Assembly: GCA_013824615.1 (NCBI GenBank)
Contig: PNOC01000003.1
Coordinates: 21,103-85,102, forward strand
Direction: 5' to 3'
DNA length: 64,000 bases
Source of the DNA: Thermodesulfovibrio sp.
GTDB lineage: Bacteria; Nitrospirota; Thermodesulfovibrionia; Thermodesulfovibrionales; UBA6898
The stretch's first letter is position 1, and each line of letters opens with the position of its first letter. Below, one piece after another: positions 55,404 to 62,267 of this stretch. The notes beneath the pieces were generated by a model, which worked only from the letters and a program-made list of their open reading frames with translations, ran no database searches and was not told where the DNA came from. The position numbers were made by a program, and so were the translations under genes.

Positions 55404-57491
55404 ATGACGAATAAAATACTGATGAAACTGACCCTGAGATTCACCCTGATTCTGGTACTTCTGGTGCTTATCCTTGCGGGCTCCCCGGTTCTGACCGGGG
55501 TGGCCTCTGCGGTGACCTATAATCTCACTGCGGATGTTACGACAAAGACCATGCCGGATGGAACGATCATTACCATGTGGGGGTTCGCCTGCACCAACGG
55601 TACCGGAGGCTGTCCGACAACCCCGGGGGTTGTCACGGTGCCCGGACCTCAGATTACGGTCCCTGTCGGAGACACTACTCTCAATATCAATCTGACGAAC
55701 AATCTGCCTGAGGCGGTTTCTATCGTAATTCCCGGCCTTATCCAGACCGCGGGAAGATCGCCTCAGCCCTTTATTACCGATACACAGAGCAGGGCCAGAA
55801 GGACGTCCTTTGCGGATGTGGCTGCAACCGGTGGCGGGACCCAGTCGTACGCCTGGACGGTCAAGCCCGGAACATATCTTTACCAGAGCGGCGCACATCC
55901 CCAGGTGCAGGTCCAGATGGGACTCTATGGAGCGGTTGTCAATGATTCCGATCCGGGAGATGCATATGGTTCAGCCTCGACGATCTATAACAGCTCAGTC
56001 CCGTTGATATTCAGCGAGATTGACCCGGTCCTCCACGCAGCAGTGGCCGGGCAGGGTGGTGCGTCGTATGGGCCTGGTGGCACCATGACCAGCACCATTG
56101 ATTATTTTCCGAAATATTTTCTGATCAACGGGACCCCTTATTCAGCCGAGAAGCCGCCTGTTTCTCTCGGCAGTGCAGGAGACCGGGTTATCCTGAGGTT
56201 CCTGAATGCGGGACTGCGTGAACTGGTCCCGATAATCAACGGCATCTATATGACTCTCGTTGCCGAGGACGGGAACTTTTATACAAATCCGAAGACACAG
56301 TACTCGATCATGCTTGCACCCGGGAAGACTGTTGACGCGATGATTACCAATCCCGGTGCCGGCTACTACCCGCTCTACGAACGCCGTCTTGGCACAACGA
56401 ACGCCGGGGCGACCGGCGGCGGTATGATGCTCAGCCTGCAGGTGGCCGGGGTTACTCAGTTTGCTCTGAATGTTACCACCTCGGGGTCAGGCAGCGGGAC
56501 GGTTGAGTCCGCAAGCATGCCCGGGGGGATTAATTGCAGCAGCCCGGGAGCAACAGGATCCTGCACAGCGTCGTACAACACAGGCACAGAGATCAGGCTT
56601 GTTGCTAAACCTGCGGCTGACTCCGGTTTTCTGAAGTGGACGGGTGCCTGCACCGGGGCAGGCGACTGTGTTGTCACCATGAATGCCATACAATCGGTCA
56701 ATGCAGTTTTCAGATTAAAAGACCGCATCGGCATATACCGTGATGCCAATGGCAGCGGCCGCTGGTATCTTGATAATGGCACCGGACTGTTTAACGGTTG
56801 CGGAGCCTTTACCGCACTTGATGCCTGCCTGATTCCCTTCGGCGGCTTGGCTGGGGATATCCCGGTGGTGGGTGACTGGAACGGCAGCGGCACAAGCAGA
56901 ATCGGCATCTACCGCAACGGGGCCTGGCATCTCGATAGTGGCACACATGTATTTCCAGTTGCAGCCACGGTATCTGCTTTCGGCGGCGTGGCCGGGGATA
57001 TCCCGGTGGTGGGTGACTGGAACGGCAACGGTACAAGCAAGATCGGCATCTACCGCAACGGCGCCTGGTATCTTGATGACGGCACCAATACCTTCCCCCC
57101 CATTGCCACGATAGCTTCTTTCGGCGGCGAGCAGGGAGACATTCCGGTGACTGGTGACTGGAACGGCGATGGCATCACCGACATCGGCATCTACCGCTAT
57201 GAAGCCAGGCAGTTCAGCGCAGGCGGGTACTGGTACCTCGATAACGGTACGCACAGTCTGGCCTCGGTAACGCCTATAGGTCCGTTCGGAGGCCTGCCCC
57301 AGGATATTCCGGTAACCGGTGACTGGAGCAATGACAAGAAGACGGATATCGGCATCTACCGTGTCGTGAACAACAGGGCCTGGTGGTATCTGGATAATGG
57401 CTCGCATATTTTTAATGCTCTGCTGCCGGTCCCGATGGGTCCGTTCGGCGGATGGATGACAGACAAACCCGTAACCGGTCACTGGTATTAG
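55404..57491 (+). CDS. Copper-ligand-less MCO-fold protein 3 fused to an FG-GAP-like propeller
   Basis: AGGAGG RBS and a signal peptide. It is paralogous to the N-domains of proteins 1 and 2 (GTYLYQSGAHPQVQVQMGLYG) but lacks the His/Cys ligands. Five C-terminal IGIYR...WYLD repeats. Confidence 0.75.
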   Translation: MTNKILMKLTLRFTLILVLLVLILAGSPVLTGVASAVTYNLTADVTTKTMPDGTIITMWGFACTNGTGGCPTTPGVVTVPGPQITVPVGDTTLNINLTNNLPEAVSIVIPGLIQTAGRSPQPFITDTQSRARRTSFADVAATGGGTQSYAWTVKPGTYLYQSGAHPQVQVQMGLYGAVVNDSDPGDAYGSASTIYNSSVPLIFSEIDPVLHAAVAGQGGASYGPGGTMTSTIDYFPKYFLINGTPYSAEKPPVSLGSAGDRVILRFLNAGLRELVPIINGIYMTLVAEDGNFYTNPKTQYSIMLAPGKTVDAMITNPGAGYYPLYERRLGTTNAGATGGGMMLSLQVAGVTQFALNVTTSGSGSGTVESASMPGGINCSSPGATGSCTASYNTGTEIRLVAKPAADSGFLKWTGACTGAGDCVVTMNAIQSVNAVFRLKDRIGIYRDANGSGRWYLDNGTGLFNGCGAFTALDACLIPFGGLAGDIPVVGDWNGSGTSRIGIYRNGAWHLDSGTHVFPVAATVSAFGGVAGDIPVVGDWNGNGTSKIGIYRNGAWYLDDGTNTFPPIATIASFGGEQGDIPVTGDWNGDGITDIGIYRYEARQFSAGGYWYLDNGTHSLASVTPIGPFGGLPQDIPVTGDWSNDKKTDIGIYRVVNNRAWWYLDNGSHIFNALLPVPMGPFGGWMTDKPVTGHWY

Positions 57492-57518
57492 CCGGAACTG
57501 AAAGGCGGTAACAAAAAA

Positions 57519-57550
57519 GGGGCAGTGCTCAAAAAGCCTGCCCCTTTTTT
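57519..57550 (+). terminator. Rho-independent terminator ending the giant-protein / MCO operon
   Basis: GGGGCAG (57519-57525) pairs with CTGCCCC (57538-57544), followed by T6. Confidence 0.75.
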
Positions 57551-57564
57551 GTTATGCTAAAGAT

Positions 57565-58020
57565 ATGAAAAATATCATTATATCATCAATAATTGGTTCT
57601 GTTTTTTTCCTGCTCTTCTTCTCCGCAGTATCCTCGACCCAGGAACTGCCGGCGGAAAAAACTGCCCCAGCTCTTAAGCCTGCGACGGTCGAGGAGCAGT
57701 GGGGAATACAGGTAAAAAGGATATCCCTGACAGCGAACGGTCATATGCTCGATCTGCGCTATAAGGTTATCGACCCTGTTAAGGCAAAGCCGTTTCTCGC
57801 TGCAGGGGTCACGCCCCAGCTGATTGACGCCAGGAGTGGAGCAAAAATGGGCGTTCCGACAACGCCGAAGATGGGGAGCCTCAGACAGAAGACCCGGGCT
57901 CCGGAGGCAGGCCGTGAATATTTTATGCTCTTTGGCAACAAGGGCGGTTTGATACGGGTCGGCAGCAAGGTGAGCCTTGTGGTCGGGGATGCGAAGATAG
58001 ACAATATTATCGTTGAGTAA
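57565..58020 (+). CDS. Secreted hypothetical protein (151 aa)
   Basis: N-terminal signal peptide. No motif recognised. Confidence 0.5.
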   Translation: MKNIIISSIIGSVFFLLFFSAVSSTQELPAEKTAPALKPATVEEQWGIQVKRISLTANGHMLDLRYKVIDPVKAKPFLAAGVTPQLIDARSGAKMGVPTTPKMGSLRQKTRAPEAGREYFMLFGNKGGLIRVGSKVSLVVGDAKIDNIIVE

Positions 58021-58142
58021 CCGGGACTGCTGGTCCCCCCCTCTTAAGCTAAGCGGGGGAAGGGGGAGTTAAGTACTGAAGGCAAAGATAACCCCTCCCG
58101 ACCTCCCCTTTGCCAAAGAGGAGGAACTCAGCCGGAAGGTTA

Positions 58143-58163
58143 TTAATGCTTATGAAGCATTAA
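58143..58163. promoter_or_regulatory. Perfect 9-3-9 palindrome upstream of the protease gene (operator candidate)
   Basis: TTAATGCTT-ATG-AAGCATTAA, ending 31 nt upstream of the ATG at 58195. Confidence 0.3.
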
Positions 58164-58194
58164 AGAATTTATGTGCATAGTGGAGAGGGGCTGA

Positions 58195-60210
58195 ATGTTT
58201 TATCCCGGAAGGGCTGCCTGCTGCAGAAACTGCTTTGGCCTGCTCATATTCTTATGTAGTATTTTCTCCTTAAACAGTGTTTCCCATGCAGGTCTCATAT
58301 CTCCTGAACTCGGCGACATAGTCGCCGCAGGCAGACCCTCTGGCGAGATTCAGGTCATCATAAATCTTGCTGATAAGGCGGACATCTCATCCTTCAGGGA
58401 CAAGGATAAAAAACAGCGTCGGCAGAAGATTGTTTCTGGACTCAGGGCAAGGGCTGAACTGTCCCAGCGTCCCCTGCATTCATTTCTGAACAGAACAGCG
58501 GCTAAAAGAATAAAATCCCTCTGGATAAAAAATGCGGTCGCCGCTACAATCCCTGCTGACCTGGTGCCGGTTATTGCCGGCCTGCCCGGGGTAGAAAGCG
58601 TCGTTCTGGATTCGGTTATCTCGGCGCCGGTTGTACAGGCAGGTGCTGCAGTAGCAGCTGAATGGAACATCGACAGGATAAACGCCCCTGCGCTCTGGGC
58701 AGCAGGCATCACCGGCAGCGGGGTGGTGGTGGCGAATATGGATACCGGGGTACATGTAACCCATCCTGATTTACTGGCGAGTTACCGGGGCGGAACAAAT
58801 AGCTGGTATGATCCGTATACTCCTTCAACGCTGCCTTATGACCAGGCCGGCGGCAGTTCAGGTCATGGGACAGGAACCATGGGTGTCATGGTCGGAGGAG
58901 ATGCGGGAGGCACCTCTCTAGGAGTTGCTCCGGGGGCCCAGTGGATCGCTGCAAAGCTCTTTGATGATTTCGGGAGTGCCAATACTTCGGATGTACATGC
59001 TGCGTTCCAGTGGCTGATCGATCCTGACGGAAACCCCGTCACAGCCGATGCGCCGGATATTGTGAACGCCTCATGGGGATACAGAGATGACCCCGGAGCA
59101 TGCATTACCGAGTTTGAGCCGGATATTGCTGCATTAAAGACTGCAGGCATAGCCCTGATTTTCTCTGCGGGGAATGCCGGTCCGAATCCTGCAACAAGCG
59201 TCAGTCCGGCGAACAATGCGGGTGCCTTTGCTGTTGGGGCAACGGATATCAGTAATACTATCGCGTCCTTCAGCAGTCGCGGGCCTTCTGCCTGCGGCGG
59301 TTCTTTCTTTCCCCATGTTGTTGCGCCGGGTGTGAATATCAGGCTGGCCAGTCTGGGTGGATGTCCCGCTGGTAGCTGTGATTATACCACGGGTAGCGGC
59401 ACCTCTTTTGCCGCACCCCATGTCTCCGGTGCGATGGCCTTACTTCTGAGCGCCTTCCCGTCCTTGACGCCGGCTGAGCTGGAGACAGCCCTTCAGCAGA
59501 CCGCTATTAATATCGGAGCCCCGGTTACGGTGCCGAATGTCACGTATGGCTACGGCCTTATAGATGTGAGCGCTGCTCTCACCTATCTTACAACACACGG
59601 CAACATCTCGGTCCCGGAGATGCCGGGATTTCCGGCAGCCTTCGATTACGGGTATGTCGAGACGACTGTCCAGTCTTCAGAGACGTTCACGGTTACCAAT
59701 CGGAGCGGTTCAAACCTGACAGTCAACTCCGTGACCATAACAGGTGCTGACGCAGCTGACTTTAGCATATCAGCGAACAGCTGTTTAGATATGATCCTGC
59801 CGGCTTCCGGAAGCTGCACCTTTACGATTACGGTTGAGTCTACAACTGCCGGGCCAAAAAATGCGGCGATAAATATCAATTACGGCAGCACTCCTGCAGA
59901 CTTGAGCGTTCCTCTGAGCTGCACGGTTGTTGTTCCGAATTCAATCGGAAGATTTCAGGGGAATACGCTTGTGGCAACCTATTCTGTTATCCAGTCTGCA
60001 TACAACGACTGCATCAGCAGTGATGTTATCAGGTTGCGGTCGCTGACCTGGTACGAAAGCCCTGACTTGAACAGTGGCTTTGACGTTGATATCAGTCTTC
60101 TGGGTGGTTATGATACAGCGTTCGGTTATCAATCAGGCTTTACCACGATCAAGGGGACCCTCACCATCAGCAGCGGGTCCGTGACTATCGGCAACATAAT
60201 TCTGGAGTAA
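58195..60210 (+). CDS. Secreted S8 (subtilisin) family serine peptidase with an N-terminal propeptide-like region and C-terminal beta-rich domains
   Basis: Catalytic triad contexts VANMDTGV (Asp), GHGTGTMG (His) and GTSFAAPHVSG (Ser). Signal peptide present. Confidence 0.9.
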   Translation: MFYPGRAACCRNCFGLLIFLCSIFSLNSVSHAGLISPELGDIVAAGRPSGEIQVIINLADKADISSFRDKDKKQRRQKIVSGLRARAELSQRPLHSFLNRTAAKRIKSLWIKNAVAATIPADLVPVIAGLPGVESVVLDSVISAPVVQAGAAVAAEWNIDRINAPALWAAGITGSGVVVANMDTGVHVTHPDLLASYRGGTNSWYDPYTPSTLPYDQAGGSSGHGTGTMGVMVGGDAGGTSLGVAPGAQWIAAKLFDDFGSANTSDVHAAFQWLIDPDGNPVTADAPDIVNASWGYRDDPGACITEFEPDIAALKTAGIALIFSAGNAGPNPATSVSPANNAGAFAVGATDISNTIASFSSRGPSACGGSFFPHVVAPGVNIRLASLGGCPAGSCDYTTGSGTSFAAPHVSGAMALLLSAFPSLTPAELETALQQTAINIGAPVTVPNVTYGYGLIDVSAALTYLTTHGNISVPEMPGFPAAFDYGYVETTVQSSETFTVTNRSGSNLTVNSVTITGADAADFSISANSCLDMILPASGSCTFTITVESTTAGPKNAAININYGSTPADLSVPLSCTVVVPNSIGRFQGNTLVATYSVIQSAYNDCISSDVIRLRSLTWYESPDLNSGFDVDISLLGGYDTAFGYQSGFTTIKGTLTISSGSVTIGNIILE

Positions 60211-60348
60211 GGGTAACGCTACTCAAAAATGGGACTGTAATCCTTGACAATCCTTGCCCTCGTTCTTATGATTAAATCATGAAATCTTCTGATATTGACC
60301 AGTTCTGCAAAGCTCTAAAAATAACGGAAAATTTTTGAGAGGTTCCCG

Positions 60349-60618
60349 ATGTCTGAAAATAAAAAATACATACTCATTTTGAAGGCGATACATGATGACA
60401 AGAGGCTTGAGTATATCGTATCGAGAAAATTGTTTGACCTCTGGCCCGAGACGCCGTTTGCGCAGTGGAAGTCACGAGTCTCCAAGGGCGAGACGATCAT
60501 CCTTATGCGCGCAGAAAATATCATCGAGTTTGACCGTGTGATGCGGGAAATGCAGGAACTACACGCCCCCCTTGAGATCGTTGACCAGAAGAACATAGGC
60601 GGGGCGAGCGTTTTCTGA
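60349..60618 (+). CDS. Hypothetical protein (89 aa)
   Basis: ORF only. Confidence 0.35.
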   Translation: MSENKKYILILKAIHDDKRLEYIVSRKLFDLWPETPFAQWKSRVSKGETIILMRAENIIEFDRVMREMQELHAPLEIVDQKNIGGASVF

Positions 60619-60776
60619 GGAGTTTCGTCCGGCCTTTCAGTCTCCGCAGTGGCATGAAGCAACGGTTTTCCCCCCTTACCGAACTTTGATGGATGTCGCC
60701 CTCGGTGCTCAACCCTATTGCAGTCTGCATTTCTCCCGCAGGCAAGAAAGAGTTCTATTATGATAAAATATCAGCT

Positions 60777-61733
60777 ATGAAAATTGGCGATGCATTAATA
60801 AAAGAAGGGAAGATTACCCGTGACCAGCTCAAGCTTGCGCTGGACCGGCAGGTTGTCTTTGGCGGCAGAATAGGCACGAACATCATCGAACTCAGGATTA
60901 TCTCGGAGAGGGAGATGATGGAGTTGCTCAGCAAGTTCTACCGTGTGCCGAGCGTGGACGTTGCGCAGATTAACAACATTGATGAGGATGTCATCAATTG
61001 TATTACTCCTGCGATTGCTGATAAATACAAGGTGCTTCCTTTCCGGAAGGACCGCACCAGACTCCATGTCGCTATGCTGAATCCCCGGGCCTTCTCTGAG
61101 ATGGAGGACCTTCGCTTCTTAACGGGCTTCGACGTACTGCCCTATGCGATATCTGAACTGAGGCTGCTGTTCTGCCTTGAGAAATATTATGGCCTCAAGC
61201 GTGACATGCGGTATATCAGCATCTTTGAGGAAGAAGACGGGTCGAGGATAGCCGACCACGAAGCCTATATCATGAATATCCGTGAACAGTTTGCCACGGT
61301 CAAGGATAAGGATGATGTCGGAAAAATCATATTGAATGAAACCAAGCCCTATGCAAAGCGTATTGCTATGTTCATGCTCAGGGGCGAACAGATCATAGGC
61401 TGGAAGGGCAGGGAGATAACCGTGGACGGGTTCAGCGTCATTCCCGAAGCCGGATCAGTTTTCCTGGAGGCCCAGAAACTCAACGGACCGTATAAGGGAC
61501 CGCTCCAGAATAACAGTGGCAATGCCCCCCTGATCAGCCGTCTTGGAGGTGCCCCGTCTGAGTGCTGCGTGATCCCTGTCATGATGAAAGGGAAACTTGT
61601 GGCCTTTATCTATGCTGACAATGAAGGGGATGCTGTGCAGGACTCCGGCGCCAATTTTATCAGCAGACTTGCAGCCATGGCCGAACCGAGCTTTGAAATG
61701 ACCCTCATCAGGCAGAGAATTTTTTCACTTTAA
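60777..61733 (+). CDS. T2SSE_N (MshEN-type) domain protein lacking an ATPase domain
   Basis: MKIGDALIKEGKITRDQLKLALDRQ fits the MshEN 24-mer pattern. The first 130 aa or so are paralogous to the N-terminus of the PilT-like ATPase at 34291-35865. The C-terminal half is unknown and possibly GAF-like. Confidence 0.65.
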   Translation: MKIGDALIKEGKITRDQLKLALDRQVVFGGRIGTNIIELRIISEREMMELLSKFYRVPSVDVAQINNIDEDVINCITPAIADKYKVLPFRKDRTRLHVAMLNPRAFSEMEDLRFLTGFDVLPYAISELRLLFCLEKYYGLKRDMRYISIFEEEDGSRIADHEAYIMNIREQFATVKDKDDVGKIILNETKPYAKRIAMFMLRGEQIIGWKGREITVDGFSVIPEAGSVFLEAQKLNGPYKGPLQNNSGNAPLISRLGGAPSECCVIPVMMKGKLVAFIYADNEGDAVQDSGANFISRLAAMAEPSFEMTLIRQRIFSL

Positions 61734-61864
61734 TTGCAACAGTTTTTCAAGATTTGCAAGAAACTATGTAACCAATTACCCAATTGTGGGTAGCCAAGTA
61801 CCTTTACCGCCTGCCTGTGTTGTTGACAAAACATTTAAATTCAATGAGTTGTAATATTTATTTT

Positions 61865-61881
61865 ATGGTACATGAATTGCT
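61865..61881 (+). promoter_or_regulatory. Sigma54 (-24/-12) promoter candidate
   Basis: TGGTAC-ATGAA-TTGCT has exact consensus spacing (GG at 61867-61868, GC at 61879-61880). It lies about 72 nt upstream of the ATG at 61953. Confidence 0.5.
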
Positions 61882-61952
61882 TGTTAGTAAGCAGATAATC
61901 TTCCGCACTTCTGTGCGGTTCTGTCAGTAACTGCTAACCCGAGGAGGTTTTT

Positions 61953-62267
61953 ATGTCGAGTGTAAAAAGGGTATTCATTCTGTTTTTGGCTGTATTTTTC
62001 ATAGGTACTGTTTCCGGGGCTGCCTTGGCAGCGCCAAATCCGGAGAGGATGTTCCTGACCGGGATTGTGACGAATGTAGATCCGAAAACTAAAATCGTGG
62101 TGGTTGATCTCCAGAACAAGGGGTGCAGAGGGATAAAGACCTTCAGCGTGAGCAAGCGGAACAGCACGAAACTGGTTCCCGGAAAAAAAATACAGTTCTT
62201 TATTGACAGTGCAAATTGTCCTGGTTCTGAAGTGAGAAGAATGACAAATATAAGGGGTGCCAAATAA
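61953..62267 (+). CDS. Small secreted hypothetical protein (104 aa)
   Basis: GAGGAGG RBS and a signal peptide. Its stop overlaps the next start (TAATG). Confidence 0.5.
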   Translation: MSSVKRVFILFLAVFFIGTVSGAALAAPNPERMFLTGIVTNVDPKTKIVVVDLQNKGCRGIKTFSVSKRNSTKLVPGKKIQFFIDSANCPGSEVRRMTNIRGAK

